IMG/VR virus record: IMGVR_UViG_2645727714_000001 | Location: 26,034-90,033 of that record | Strand: one strand, 5' to 3' | DNA length: 64,000 nucleotides | Source: a virus | Taxonomy: Duplodnaviria > Caudoviricetes | Part shown: in pieces, positions 7,814-17,987 of the stretch | Position numbering within the stretch: the stretch's first letter is position 1 | Layout: every line of letters begins with the position of its first letter | Program-made: the position numbers and the translations under genes | Notes under the pieces: model-generated | Seen by the model: only the letters and a program-made list of their open reading frames with translations | What the model was told of the DNA's origin: nothing | Databases searched by the model: none

Positions 7814-8131
7814 ATGATCGACAACAGCTATCTCACCGACATGCCTCGCTGGCCGCAGGAGGTCAGTGAATGGCAGAACTGCGCCACCCCCAACCTGGAA
7901 AGCGGCTCCCTGGCGGAGGGGGACCGCGTCCGGCCGGCGGACGACAGGATGAGCCCGGACCATGAGGGCGGGGAAATCGAGGAACGCCTCGTTCTACGCG
8001 GAGTTTGGCACGGTCGGGTGAAGTGGGACTCCGGCCAGAAGGACGATGTCCCGCTCTACGCGCTGAATGTCGATCGGGTGCGAGTACGAGGTGCGGTGCC
8101 GCGAGAGGACTCCGAGGGCGCGTCGTGCTGA
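7814..8131 (+). CDS. hypothetical protein (SH3-like beta segment)
   Basis: GDRVR...GEI...RVKWDSG pattern. Confidence 0.5.
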   Translation: MIDNSYLTDMPRWPQEVSEWQNCATPNLESGSLAEGDRVRPADDRMSPDHEGGEIEERLVLRGVWHGRVKWDSGQKDDVPLYALNVDRVRVRGAVPREDSEGASC

Positions 8132-8295
8132 CCACCTTGGCGGCCGTGCTGTTGGCAGCCTGCATGGCCGCCTTGACCCTGATCGTCACGGGCGTCATCG
8201 ATACCGACGGCGGCACGTTCGTCGGCCTGTGCGCGTCCACCGCCGCGCTGGCGCTCGCCCTCACCGTCCGGATCGTGAGCGCCGGCCGGCGCTGA
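8125..8295 (+). CDS. small two-TM membrane protein
   Basis: two hydrophobic segments. Confidence 0.55.
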   Translation: MLTTLAAVLLAACMAALTLIVTGVIDTDGGTFVGLCASTAALALALTVRIVSAGRR

Positions 8296-8304
8296 GGAGG
8301 CATC

Positions 8305-8544
8305 GTGATGAACGAGATCATCGGACGCCAGGATCGTGCGCCACGCCTGGGCCTGTTCTTCGACGGCGCCCTCGTGGGAACCGCCGCCTCCGATGACACC
8401 TACGGCCACGAGGCGCAGCGCGCGGCAGCGGTCGAGCTCGGTGTCGACCCCGGACGCATCGAGGTACTGGGGGTCTGCCCCGACCACCCGGAAGCCTCGG
8501 CCGTTGACTGCCCCGACCACCCGGACCCGGGCTGGCCAGACTAG
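8305..8544 (+). CDS. hypothetical protein
   Basis: GAGGAGG RBS; CPDH repeated twice. Confidence 0.6.
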   Translation: MMNEIIGRQDRAPRLGLFFDGALVGTAASDDTYGHEAQRAAAVELGVDPGRIEVLGVCPDHPEASAVDCPDHPDPGWPD

Positions 8545-9122
8545 GCCACCGCGAGCCAGTAGAACGTCCGCGCCCCCGCGGACACGTTGGCCCCGTCCCG
8601 GCGTTGCACGACGAACGCGAAGTCCGTAGTGGTCATGTTGCCCACCGAGAACGTCGGCGCGGCCAGGTCCAGCAGCGGGCCGGACACGAATGCCGCGCTT
8701 GGCGCCACGGGGAACGCGGCCGGGAACGTGACGGTCACGGTGAGGCTGTTCGTGCCGCCCGGGAACGTGCCCACTACGCTGCCGCGCTGGCCGGTCAGGG
8801 CCGGCACCCCGGTCGCGGTGGGATCGGTAACCGCGCCGGTGACCACGTAGGAGTCCCCGGCCGGCGCCAGCACCACCCGGTCGCCCGCCACCGGGGCGTA
8901 CGGGCGCAGGTATGGGTACGGGCCGGTGGCCACCGCGTCCCCGTCCACCAGCACCAGCGGGTCACCGCCGGTGTAGCCGGGGTCCACCGTGCCGTACCGG
9001 GGGTACAGCGTCCGCCCGGACTGCACCCGCGCCGTCCGCAGCTCGAGCGCGGCCATCCGGTGCTTCAGGTCCGCGATCGTGGCCGCGAACCGGACCTCCA
9101 GCGACGGCAGGTAGCGGCTCAT
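8541..9122 (-). CDS. minor tail protein (C-terminal H-type-lectin/gp53-like beta domain)
   Basis: MSRYLPSLEVRF..; Y.PVAGDRV; TVTFPAAFPVAP...YWLAVA; last gene of the tail cluster. Confidence 0.7.
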   Translation of the reverse strand: MSRYLPSLEVRFAATIADLKHRMAALELRTARVQSGRTLYPRYGTVDPGYTGGDPLVLVDGDAVATGPYPYLRPYAPVAGDRVVLAPAGDSYVVTGAVTDPTATGVPALTGQRGSVVGTFPGGTNSLTVTVTFPAAFPVAPSAAFVSGPLLDLAAPTFSVGNMTTTDFAFVVQRRDGANVSAGARTFYWLAVA

Positions 9123-10267
9123 GGCACCAGCCCCAGGTGGATGTCGCCGAGCTTGAGGGAAACCTCGGCCCCCCGGTCCGCGCCGGGCGGAGTGGCCGTC
9201 CAGCCCACCAGCCGCACCAGCGCTACCAGTCCGGGCCGCCCACCGCCGGGGGAGGGGTGCAGCTCGGAGGTGACCGACAGCCACAACGTGGAGCCCAGGT
9301 CCAGGTCGGCCAGCGCGGGCATCGCGTCCCCGGCCAGCTTGACCTCCGGGATGGCCGTGCAGCCGCACCGGGAGGCCACCGTGGTGTCCGCGTAGGTGTC
9401 CACCTCGGCCTGGCCGGTGACGGTGCCGGAAAGGGAGACGGTCTCCTCCAGCAGCGGGTAGCCGGCAGCCAGGTCCTCGGTGCTCACCCCGTGTCCGGAT
9501 GTCGATATCCACGCCTCCTGGCTGCCGGAGTCCGCCGACGCGGTGGCCGTGGCCCGTACGTCGTTGGCCGACTCGCCTCCGGTGCGCGGGTAGGCGTAGT
9601 CGGTCACGTTGCCCGGGTAGGTCAGCGTCAGCCCGCTCTCCTGCGCGCCGCGGCCCACCCGCGGCTGCCCCAGCACCAGGCGCACCGAGCCGCCCGCGGT
9701 GGGGTGATAGGTGGGCGCGAAGTCGAACTCGAGGTCCGCGGTGGCGGCCAGCTCCTGGAGCGCGGCCAGCACCTTCTTGCTGTCGGACCCGGCGTACTGC
9801 ACGGAGGCGGTGACCGTGGAGGCCTCGGTGGTCAGCTCCAGCGCGGCCACTCGCCCGGAAGGCCCCTTGCCGGTGGTGGCGTAGGTGACCAGCGCGCGGG
9901 CGATGTCGAACGGGTCCACGTTCGTGTACGCGAGGTCCTCGCGGATCTCTCGGCGCGCGAACAGGGAGTGCATCGTCTTGGCCTGGATGGGCAGCTGCCC
10001 GGAGCCGATGGAGCTGTGCGGCCAGTCCCACACGAGCCCGGCCCACACCGGCTCGGCGCCCTCGCTCACCCACAGCAGCGTGCGCCGCGGCTCCAGCGCG
10101 GCCAGCAGCGGCCCGTTGGCCGCCGGGACCCGGCGCAGGTCCAGCGTGGCCGACAGGTCGCCAGCCTCGCCCAGCGTCCGGGAGAAGCTGTCCACGTCCA
10201 GCGGCAGCCAGTCCGCCAGCACGTCCCCGGTGAGCAGGTGGGTGGACCAGTAGCGCAGCTGCCGCAT
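9119..10267 (-). CDS. minor tail / baseplate hub protein (ReqiPepy6 gp37-like)
   Basis: position downstream of Dit; PVWAGLVW, YPGNV..Y, GYPLLE motifs. Confidence 0.75.
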   Translation of the reverse strand: MRQLRYWSTHLLTGDVLADWLPLDVDSFSRTLGEAGDLSATLDLRRVPAANGPLLAALEPRRTLLWVSEGAEPVWAGLVWDWPHSSIGSGQLPIQAKTMHSLFARREIREDLAYTNVDPFDIARALVTYATTGKGPSGRVAALELTTEASTVTASVQYAGSDSKKVLAALQELAATADLEFDFAPTYHPTAGGSVRLVLGQPRVGRGAQESGLTLTYPGNVTDYAYPRTGGESANDVRATATASADSGSQEAWISTSGHGVSTEDLAAGYPLLEETVSLSGTVTGQAEVDTYADTTVASRCGCTAIPEVKLAGDAMPALADLDLGSTLWLSVTSELHPSPGGGRPGLVALVRLVGWTATPPGADRGAEVSLKLGDIHLGLVP

Positions 10268-11301
10268 CAGAACTCGATCGTCCACACGTCGGACGTGAAC
10301 CGACTGAAGATCACGTTCCCGCCCGAGCTGGCCCCGTTGCCTGCGGTGATCCGCACCGGGATGTTGCCAGCCGGCGCCCCCCAGATGGCCAGCACGTCGA
10401 TCGGTGCCGCGCCGGAGGTCGACACACCCTCGTTCTGCGCGAGCCGTCGCACAGTGCCCACCGGGTTCTCAATCTGGAGTGCCGCGAAGGCCGTGCTGCC
10501 CAGCCAGCGCGTCCAGACCCGGGCCTTGACCACCACCAGGCACGGCCGGGTCGGGTTGACGGTGGTGTAGTCGATGTACGTGCCCGAGGCGCCGGGCGCC
10601 CGGGTGACATCGGCCGCGAAGTCGTACATGTAGTTGGTCACCCCCGGCGCGCGGGCCAGCATCTCCCAGGCCGCCCCGGTGTAGGCCCGCAGCGCCCGGG
10701 TGTCGGTGTCGTACCGCAGCAGCCCCGCGAACGCGGACAGCGCGTCCGTGGACAGCGCCGGCACCACCCCGCCGGCCGGCACCGCGAACACCCGTAGATC
10801 CGTGATGTTGCCGGCGACGATGGAGGAGGTCCCGGCATTGACCCGCACCCGGGCCAGCCGCAGCGCGTTGGCCGGCACACTGGGGTCCACGGGCGACGAG
10901 GCCGCCGTCCCCTGGACCACCTCGACACGCCCGTACGAGCTCGCGGAACCCACGTCGGAGACGTAGGCCACCACCAGGTCGTTACGCGGCAGCGAAGCGT
11001 GCGCGGCGTTGGTGTTGACGCCGGCCGCCGCGGACAGCCCAAGCCGGTACACTCCCTGATCCGCGGACTGCGTGCCCTGAACCGAGGCGAAGCCCGCCGC
11101 GACGGTCAGGTTCAGCCCGCCGGCCGCGGAGACCTTCAGCGGGTCACCTGCCCCCGGTGTCACCCCGGAGCGGACCACGATCGGCCCGGAACCGCCCGCC
11201 AGCGGCATCGCGCCCGCGCCGTCGAGCTGCCGCAGCTCCTTGGCGTCGAAGGCGACTCCGTCCAGCCAGGTGGGGTTGATGGTGGTCACGAAGGTGGCCA
11301 C
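10267..11301 (-). CDS. minor tail protein
   Basis: PRNDLVVA...GTAASSP..P.VP..ALRLARVRV..ITDLR motif typical of actinophage tails. Confidence 0.75.
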   Translation of the reverse strand: MATFVTTINPTWLDGVAFDAKELRQLDGAGAMPLAGGSGPIVVRSGVTPGAGDPLKVSAAGGLNLTVAAGFASVQGTQSADQGVYRLGLSAAAGVNTNAAHASLPRNDLVVAYVSDVGSASSYGRVEVVQGTAASSPVDPSVPANALRLARVRVNAGTSSIVAGNITDLRVFAVPAGGVVPALSTDALSAFAGLLRYDTDTRALRAYTGAAWEMLARAPGVTNYMYDFAADVTRAPGASGTYIDYTTVNPTRPCLVVVKARVWTRWLGSTAFAALQIENPVGTVRRLAQNEGVSTSGAAPIDVLAIWGAPAGNIPVRITAGNGASSGGNVIFSRFTSDVWTIEF

Positions 11302-11311
11302 GGCTCTCCTC

Positions 11312-12163
11312 TCAGATCCAAGCGTCGCGCCAGGTCACGGTCATCACGGCGGTGCCATCACTGGCTCCGTCCAGGCGCAGTGAGTTCTCGCCCGGGGACA
11401 GCACCCACCACCCGGACAGCGGGCTGGCCGCGCGGAATGCCCCGTTGTAGGTGGCCTGGCGCAGGTCCAGGTCCAGCACCAGCACGTCCCCGGCAACCAG
11501 CTCCAGCCCGGGGAAGCTCACCTGCGCCCCGCTGCCCAGATGGGTGATGGCCGGCGAGGCGATGGCACCGGTCAGCGTGACCACCGGCCGGCTCTCGAAC
11601 GTGCCCGCGTTGACCACCGTCACCGAACCGCCAGGCGGGGCCTCGGCGAAGGTGAACGGCGGCGTGATTGGCAGCGAGATGCCCGCCGCGGAGACTGTGT
11701 TGACCGCGGGGATGGACGTCTCGTGCAGCTCGGCGCCGTACCAGCGCGGGTCCGGCGCCACCAGGCCGATCTCGAAGTCGGCCGAGGTCAGCGTCGGGCA
11801 GACCTCGGCCAGCGAGCCCGAGCGGCGCACCTGGCACTGCTTGGGCACCGGCTCGTCGTACCGCAGCGTGGTCAGCGCGTTGACCGGGACCGCCCCGCGC
11901 ATCCGGGCCCGCGCGGCGTCCCGCGCGGACTGCGAGGGGGCGTCAGCGCTCACCCGCAGCGTCAGCGTGCGCGGGGCGTAGTACTGCGGCCCGGCCCACC
12001 CGCCGTGGTCCCCGGAGCGCTGCGCCACCGTGCCCGCGGTCGCCGGCCCGTCCCAGGCGTTGAGCCCCTGCCAGGTCCAGGCCACCCCGGCCTCGTCCAC
12101 GAGCCCGAACTCCAGCGCGCCCAGCGCCCCGGTCCAGTAGCCGCACCCTGCCTGCGCCGACAT
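11312..12163 (-). CDS. distal tail (Dit-like) protein
   Basis: directly downstream of the tape measure; LVAPDPRWYG, VVNAGT, WWVLSPGEN. Confidence 0.8.
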   Translation of the reverse strand: MSAQAGCGYWTGALGALEFGLVDEAGVAWTWQGLNAWDGPATAGTVAQRSGDHGGWAGPQYYAPRTLTLRVSADAPSQSARDAARARMRGAVPVNALTTLRYDEPVPKQCQVRRSGSLAEVCPTLTSADFEIGLVAPDPRWYGAELHETSIPAVNTVSAAGISLPITPPFTFAEAPPGGSVTVVNAGTFESRPVVTLTGAIASPAITHLGSGAQVSFPGLELVAGDVLVLDLDLRQATYNGAFRAASPLSGWWVLSPGENSLRLDGASDGTAVMTVTWRDAWI

Positions 12164-15100
12164 CAGGCCACCGCCAGGGCCAGCTTGCGCTGCATCTCCG
12201 CCAGCATCTCCGGCGTCGACATCGAGCGGTCCAGGTGGAAGTGATTCGTGATCGTCTTCCCGCCGCCGGCTTCGTGGTTGGGGGTCACCCGGGCGCGGGG
12301 CGCCCCGCGGCCGAGCAGCATCAGCTCCGGCCCGTCCTCGCCGACCCAGAACGGCACCCCGTGCGGGGGCAGGCCACCCCGCGCGTAGCCGCCTGGCCGG
12401 GCCCACGCCGACAGCGAGCCGTAGCGGGCGAGCGTGTAGCGGATCGAGGCGTAGATGTTGGCTAGCGGGTCCGTGCTCACGCCGTACAGGAACGGCCCCT
12501 TGTCGCGGAACTGGCCGGCATACGCCTCGAAGGTCGAGCGGATGAGCTGCATCGGGCCAACGCTGGGGTGCCCCTGCTGCCAGTTGATGTCCCAGCGGTT
12601 GACCGCCTGGGTGTTGCCGCCGGACTCCTGGTTCATGCGCTGCAGCAGCAACGTGATCCAGCTTGCAGGCTGCCCGGCCAGCGAGAGCGCCTGGAGCGCG
12701 ACTCCGCGCCACTGCTCCGCGCCGCCGCCCGGCCCGGGTCCGACGGACTCGCCCTCCTTGCCGCGGACCCACTCCAGCAGCTTGTCGAAGGGCGACTGGA
12801 CGAGCCGGCCCAGCGCGCCCTTCAGGTCGGTGCCGGTGCCCAGCGTGGCGTTGATCGCCGCGCGCAGCGGGGACAGCGCAAGCTCGAACCCGCGGGCGAT
12901 GCCCTCCCGGGCCAGGTCCTCGACCTTGTCCACCACCCGGCCGCCGGTGGCGTCCCAGGCTGCGCCCAGCCCGCCGGTGATGGCCCCGCCGATGCCCATG
13001 GCTGCCCCGCGCGCCTGCCCGCCGCCGCCGAACAGGCGCCGCAGCGCGAACATCGCCTTGTGGCCGCCGGCGTTCGCCACCTCCTGGGCGGTCCAGACGT
13101 GCTCATTGAACATCAGGCGCCGCAGCACGCTGTCCTTGCCCGGAGTCCCCTCCAGGATCGGCCCGCCGCGCGCTAGGCCCGGCACCTTCAGCTCCGGCAT
13201 GTCCGGCACCCCGGGGATGCGCCCGACGATGTTGTTCCATGCCTTGCGGATGCCCGAGTTGTAGACCGTGTTCACGACGAAGCGCACCGGTGCGGCGGCG
13301 ACCTCGCGCAGCCCGTCCCAGATCGTGCGGATGCCCCCCACGGTGGTCGAGAAGATCGTCTTGATGCCGCCGAGCGCCGTGCCCACCGCGCCGGAGACCA
13401 GACCGAAGATTCGTGTCGTGGTCGCCCTGATCGCGTCGAGGGCGCCGGACCAGTCGCCGCGGAAGATCGCTGACCAGAACGAGAACAGGCCGCGGATCAC
13501 CTCGAATCCGACCCGGAAGGGCAGGGTGAACCACGTCCACCAGACCTTGACGTTCGTCAAGATCGCGCCGAGCCCGATGTCGATTGCGCCACGCCAGATG
13601 GCCAGGCCGCCCCGCACGATCGACGAGACGAAGTCGAAGCTGCCCCGCCAGATCCCGACGAAGAAGCCGCCGAACGCAGCCGCCGCCGAGCCGACGGCGC
13701 GGAACACGCCCATGGTGTCCGACCCGAAGCCGACGAACCAGCGGCCCACGGCCTGCGCGGTATTACCCACCCAGCGCAAGGCGCCGTCGACGATCCGGCG
13801 GAAGGACTCGCTGTGGGTATAGGCGTACGCGAACGCGGCGGCCAGAGCGATGATCGTCGTGATGACGATGCCGATGACGTTGGCACGCATCGCCGCGTTC
13901 ACGCCCATGATCCCGCCGCGCATCAGCGCCAGCCCGCCGGTCACCGCCCGGGTGGCCGCGCCCATCAGCAGGGTGCGGGTCTGCCAGATCCACTGCGCGG
14001 TCGTCACCGCGGTGACCGCCCCGCGGTAGGCGTACCAGGCCGCGGTCCCGGCCAGCACCGCCACCACGAGCGTGTTGATCAAGGTTCGGTTGCGCTCGTA
14101 GATGCCGAGCGCCCCGCTCACCACCGCGACCACCGCGGCGATCGTCACCTTGATCGGCGCCATCGCGTGTGAGGCGCCCGCGAACACCGGCGAGATCCCG
14201 TTGCCGAAGCGGATCAGCGCAGGCACCGCCGTGCCGCCGAGGTAGTCGATCAGGTCGGCCTTGATCGTCCGGATGAAGCCGGACAGCCGCTGCTGCGGAG
14301 TGGAGTAAAGAGCCTCCCCGGCCCGCGCCGTCGAGCCGGCCAGGTTGGCCACCCCAGTAGCGCTAGTGGACATCGCGGCCATCACCTTCGGCCCGAGGTC
14401 CTCGGCCTGGGTCCCGAAGAGGTCCACCAGCGCGGTGTTGTAGGCCACCGGATCCTTGATCCCGCCCAGGGCCTTCGCCGTCTCGGAGAAGGCGTCCCGC
14501 GCGGAGGCGCCCCCGGCCGCGATGCGCCGCGCCATCGTGTCCGCGTCCAGCCCGGCCAGCCGGAACCCCTCGGCGGAGGTCTCCGACCCGTCGATGGCCC
14601 GGATGGAGAACTCCTTGAGCGCGTCCGCGGCGATGTCGCTGTTGTGGGCCCCGGCGGCCATCGCCGCGTCGATCAGTGAGAGCGACTGCGGGCCCGTCAG
14701 CCCGAGCTTGACGAACTGCCCGCTGTACTCGTTGAGCGTGTCGATCCAGTCGTCGCCGAGGTTCAGCCCGGACTGGAAGCCCGTGGTGATCACGTCGAAG
14801 GCGGATGTCATGTCCGGTACCAGGCCGGACTTGACCATGGTCGAGGCCGCCCGCAGGGTCTCGGGCACCTCGACGCCGAAGACGTCGCGGATGGTCAGCG
14901 CGCCCTGGGTGGCCTTGCCCAGTTCGGCCTTCGAGACGGCACCGAACCCGCCCATGGACTGGGCGATCTGGCCGACCGTGTTCTGGACGTCGGCCAGGGA
15001 CTCACCGAAGTTGTTCCTGAAGACCTGCTGGGCCACGGACCCGGCGGCCTGAGCCTCCTTGGCGGTGGCGCCGAAGGCGGCCTGAAGCTGGGCCTGGCCG

Positions 15101-15417
15101 GTGGTGGCCGAGTCGAAGGCGCTCTTGAGGGTGGCGCCCACCACGCCGGCGATCACCGTGCCCATGCCGACCAGGCCGACCTTCAGCCCGGCGGTGAGCC
15201 GCTGGCCGATCCGCCGTCCACCGCCCTCGCCCTCGGCCTCACCCTGGCGGCCGGCGTCGCGGACCTGGCGCCGCACCTCGCCCGGGTCCACCTGCACCGG
15301 GATGCGCACCGGCTCCATGCGCCCGAGCCGGGACGACAGCTCCCGGGCGAAGCCGCCCGTCTCGGGCAGGACCGTGACGTGCCCACGAGCGATCTCGAAG
15401 CCGGCGGCAGTGGACAC
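12163..15417 (-). CDS. tape measure protein with C-terminal lytic transglycosylase (SLT) domain
   Basis: 1084 aa, Ala/Gly-rich with aromatic repeats; QESGGN..A.N.WD.N...G.PS.G.MQ motif. Confidence 0.92.
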   Translation of the reverse strand: MSTAAGFEIARGHVTVLPETGGFARELSSRLGRMEPVRIPVQVDPGEVRRQVRDAGRQGEAEGEGGGRRIGQRLTAGLKVGLVGMGTVIAGVVGATLKSAFDSATTGQAQLQAAFGATAKEAQAAGSVAQQVFRNNFGESLADVQNTVGQIAQSMGGFGAVSKAELGKATQGALTIRDVFGVEVPETLRAASTMVKSGLVPDMTSAFDVITTGFQSGLNLGDDWIDTLNEYSGQFVKLGLTGPQSLSLIDAAMAAGAHNSDIAADALKEFSIRAIDGSETSAEGFRLAGLDADTMARRIAAGGASARDAFSETAKALGGIKDPVAYNTALVDLFGTQAEDLGPKVMAAMSTSATGVANLAGSTARAGEALYSTPQQRLSGFIRTIKADLIDYLGGTAVPALIRFGNGISPVFAGASHAMAPIKVTIAAVVAVVSGALGIYERNRTLINTLVVAVLAGTAAWYAYRGAVTAVTTAQWIWQTRTLLMGAATRAVTGGLALMRGGIMGVNAAMRANVIGIVITTIIALAAAFAYAYTHSESFRRIVDGALRWVGNTAQAVGRWFVGFGSDTMGVFRAVGSAAAAFGGFFVGIWRGSFDFVSSIVRGGLAIWRGAIDIGLGAILTNVKVWWTWFTLPFRVGFEVIRGLFSFWSAIFRGDWSGALDAIRATTTRIFGLVSGAVGTALGGIKTIFSTTVGGIRTIWDGLREVAAAPVRFVVNTVYNSGIRKAWNNIVGRIPGVPDMPELKVPGLARGGPILEGTPGKDSVLRRLMFNEHVWTAQEVANAGGHKAMFALRRLFGGGGQARGAAMGIGGAITGGLGAAWDATGGRVVDKVEDLAREGIARGFELALSPLRAAINATLGTGTDLKGALGRLVQSPFDKLLEWVRGKEGESVGPGPGGGAEQWRGVALQALSLAGQPASWITLLLQRMNQESGGNTQAVNRWDINWQQGHPSVGPMQLIRSTFEAYAGQFRDKGPFLYGVSTDPLANIYASIRYTLARYGSLSAWARPGGYARGGLPPHGVPFWVGEDGPELMLLGRGAPRARVTPNHEAGGGKTITNHFHLDRSMSTPEMLAEMQRKLALAVA

Positions 15418-15420
15418 GCG

Positions 15421-15765
15421 CTACCCCCGGCCCCACTCGATCAGCCCGGCGAACCGGGAGGAGTGGCGCAGCTCCTCGTCGCCGACCCGCTCCGGCGCCC
15501 CGGCACTCGAGTCCGACCGGCCCGCCACCCGCGGGTCGCACGGGGAAGAGGAGTGCCGCTGGTGCTCCAGCGCGAGCTCCTCGGCGCGCATCCTCATCAC
15601 TCCTCGGTAGGCCGCGAGCCGCCAGGCCAGGCGGAAGAACCGCGGCCCGGACAGCGCGTACATGTCCTCGATGCGGTGGATGGCGGAGAGATCGGACTCG
15701 ATGTCGGCCAGGTGGTCCAGCACCCAGATCACCTGCTCGATGCGGGGCCGGGTCAGCCTTTTCCC
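15421..15765 (-). CDS. tail assembly chaperone GT extension (-1 frameshift product)
   Basis: the -1 frame reads GKRLTRPRIEQVIWVLDHLADIESDLSAIHRI... from the slippery site. Confidence 0.8.
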   Translation of the reverse strand, partial: GKRLTRPRIEQVIWVLDHLADIESDLSAIHRIEDMYALSGPRFFRLAWRLAAYRGVMRMRAEELALEHQRHSSSPCDPRVAGRSDSSAGAPERVGDEELRHSSRFAGLIEWGRG

Positions 15766-16244
15766 TGCTCCAGGCTCCCGAGGACGACCTTCTGCGCGGT
15801 GCTCAGGATCCGGTCGAGCTGCTCCTGCTTGAGCGGGTCGTGCTCCATCAGCGCGCGGTAGCCGTCCTCGCCGACCATCCGCTCCAGCAGCATCTGGTCG
15901 GCCACCCCCTCGCCGTGGTGGCGGGCCTCCCACAGGTACAGCAGGGCGACGTTGACCTTGGGCGCATCCGGGATGGTGTAGACCTTGCCGTGTAGCCGAA
16001 ACAGCTCCACCACCCCTGGCGGCGTGGTGGGCGGGGGCTCGGCGTCAAAGTCGACCACCACCCCGTTGACCGCGGCCGTCGTGGCGTTGCTCGGGCCGAC
16101 CAGCGGTGCCGGGGGAGCGGACGCCGTGGCCGGCGCGGGCTGCGGCCACGGCGCCACCGGGCCCTGCGGCGGGTACGGGCTGTGCGGCGCCGCGGGCACG
16201 TGCAGGGCGTAAGGGTTCGCGCCGAGCTCGGCGGGCGCGGTCAT
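15753..16244 (-). CDS. tail assembly chaperone G
   Basis: position and slippery site. Confidence 0.8.
   Translation of the reverse strand: MTAPAELGANPYALHVPAAPHSPYPPQGPVAPWPQPAPATASAPPAPLVGPSNATTAAVNGVVVDFDAEPPPTTPPGVVELFRLHGKVYTIPDAPKVNVALLYLWEARHHGEGVADQMLLERMVGEDGYRALMEHDPLKQEQLDRILSTAQKVVLGSLEQGKG
15759..15765 (-). other. programmed -1 ribosomal frameshift site GGGAAAA
   Basis: CAG GGA AAA GGC TGA at the end of the chaperone G gene; canonical position between major tail and tape measure. Confidence 0.85.
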
Positions 16245-16804
16245 GCGGTCGCGTCCACGATGCGGAAGGGCGGCACCGAGGCCGACACGTAGTGGGCCGC
16301 GAAGGTGACCGGCAGCAGGGTCTGGTCACCTTTCTTGTACGCCATGCCGACGTCCTCCACGGACAGCGTGCGGCGTACGAACACCCGACGCCGGTACCCC
16401 TTCGGTGCGATCCCGTCGAAGATCAGTGCCGTGTAGCTCGGCTGAGTGGCGCTGGTGTCGTTCGGCGGCGACCAGGCCGCGAAGCCGGCGCCCGTACTGG
16501 TGGCCGTGGCGTTGTTCAGCGAGGTGGCGAGGTTCTCCAGAGTGGCCTCGGCGAGGTTGGTCTTGATCGTGGCCTCGCGCTTGGTCAGCCGGCGGCCCGG
16601 GATGTCGACGACCTGGTCCACCTCCAGCTCCGAGTAGGTCTGGGAGATCGTCATCGTGACGCCGTCCTGAGTGCCGCCGACGTCCGTCCAGCCCGACGGC
16701 GCGGGGGTGGCATTGACCTGGGTGTCGGACGGCTCGGCGGTACCGAACGCGCCTCGATAGAGGGTCCCCGGACCCTGGATCAGGTTGGAAACATCGACCG
16801 GCAC
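16241..16804 (-). CDS. major tail tube protein
   Basis: NLIQGPG.LY..W.DVGGTQDGV...VDQ...LAEATLENL. Confidence 0.85.
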   Translation of the reverse strand: MPVDVSNLIQGPGTLYRGAFGTAEPSDTQVNATPAPSGWTDVGGTQDGVTMTISQTYSELEVDQVVDIPGRRLTKREATIKTNLAEATLENLATSLNNATATSTGAGFAAWSPPNDTSATQPSYTALIFDGIAPKGYRRRVFVRRTLSVEDVGMAYKKGDQTLLPVTFAAHYVSASVPPFRIVDATA

Positions 16805-16968
16805 TACTCCGCCCTCCCGCTGTCCGACCCACGCCGGGCCATCTTCGGTGCCTGCTCCTCGCGTCCGTCCTCCACGAGCAGCCCCTCGTGCCGCAGCAGG
16901 CTGTACTCGGTGTCATCCACCTCGATCTCCTCGTCCGGGCGGATAGTCGTGCGCACGGTGTGGGTCAC
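16804..16968 (-). CDS. small hypothetical virion-region protein
   Basis: AGGAGG RBS; VRTTIRPDEEIEVDDTEY..L. Confidence 0.55.
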   Translation of the reverse strand: MTHTVRTTIRPDEEIEVDDTEYSLLRHEGLLVEDGREEQAPKMARRGSDSGRAE

Positions 16969-17186
16969 CGGTAGTCCTCCTTGCGCAGGGGAAAGCGAAC
17001 GGCCGCCATGCCCGGGTGCACCGACAGCGGCATCGAGGTAGCGACGAGGTCCGTCGGGCAGGGCACCACTCGGCTGGCCGGGAACAGGAACTCCAGCTCG
17101 GCCCGGTCTCCGTGCACGATCGCCCGGCCCTGGTAGCTCAGGACCTCGCCGGAGCGAGCGCCCACCAACGCCCACAGCGCGGTCAC
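16965..17186 (-). CDS. hypothetical protein
   Basis: GTGA overlaps at both ends. Confidence 0.55.
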   Translation of the reverse strand: MTALWALVGARSGEVLSYQGRAIVHGDRAELEFLFPASRVVPCPTDLVATSMPLSVHPGMAAVRFPLRKEDYR

Positions 17187-17647
17187 GGCCGCACCCCCGA
17201 CGCATCCGTCCAAGGCAACGCGAGGTCCAGGTCGTACCGGGCGTAACCGGCCTCGTCGTCGGGCACCCGGCGCGGCTCGGTGAGTACGTAGGCCTCCAGT
17301 ACCCGGGCCCGCAGCCCGCCGACGGGCAGTTCCACCACGCGCCCGGCCGCGCCCCAGGTGCCGGCCCGCACCGCCTCGGCCAGCGAGTTGGCCTTGCCCC
17401 ACGGCGGCTTGCCGCTGGTGCGCGGCGCGCACGCCCAGCAGCTCACCGCAACCACCGGCGCACGCACGGGAAGGTGCGGGTTGGGGGAGCCGCCCACCAC
17501 GGCCACCTGCACGAACCCGGTGGAAGCCCAGGCGGCGGTGTCCGTCGGCAGGGTGGTGGCCACCTGCTGTGCCGGCACCTCCGGCACGGTGCGCAGCCAG
17601 GCCACGGCCACCAGGTCGGTGGTGGCGACGACGGCCGGCGCGGTCAC
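17183..17647 (-). CDS. tail terminator / completion protein
   Basis: position; PRRVPDDEAGYARY motif. Confidence 0.7.
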   Translation of the reverse strand: MTAPAVVATTDLVAVAWLRTVPEVPAQQVATTLPTDTAAWASTGFVQVAVVGGSPNPHLPVRAPVVAVSCWACAPRTSGKPPWGKANSLAEAVRAGTWGAAGRVVELPVGGLRARVLEAYVLTEPRRVPDDEAGYARYDLDLALPWTDASGVRP

Positions 17648-17940
17648 GGGGTGCGCCGCCGCATCAGCGCTGGGCGCAGGTAGGGCTGCGCGCGCGTCCG
17701 GGACGTGCCGCGCTCCACCAGCTCGCCGTAGTCCGTGGCCCCGCGCGGGCCCACCCGCAGCTCCAGGCCGTGGGCCTCGGCGCCCAGGTCGCGGTACAGG
17801 TCCCCGGTGTCCACGGGCACCGCGCGCCGCGCGTCGGCCAGGATCGCCGGGCCCAGGGTCTGGCGGTGGAAGCGCTCGACGTTCGGGGTGAGGTCGCGCA
17901 GCCAGGTGGGGAACATCTCCACCCTCACCACGTCTGCCAT
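17644..17940 (-). CDS. HK97 gp10-like neck protein
   Basis: PVDTGDL...VERGTSRTRAQPYLRPAL. Confidence 0.8.
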   Translation of the reverse strand: MADVVRVEMFPTWLRDLTPNVERFHRQTLGPAILADARRAVPVDTGDLYRDLGAEAHGLELRVGPRGATDYGELVERGTSRTRAQPYLRPALMRRRTP

Positions 17941-17987
17941 CGTCCCCACCTCCTCGACGGAGGCGGCCCGCGGCGGGGGAGGCCGGT

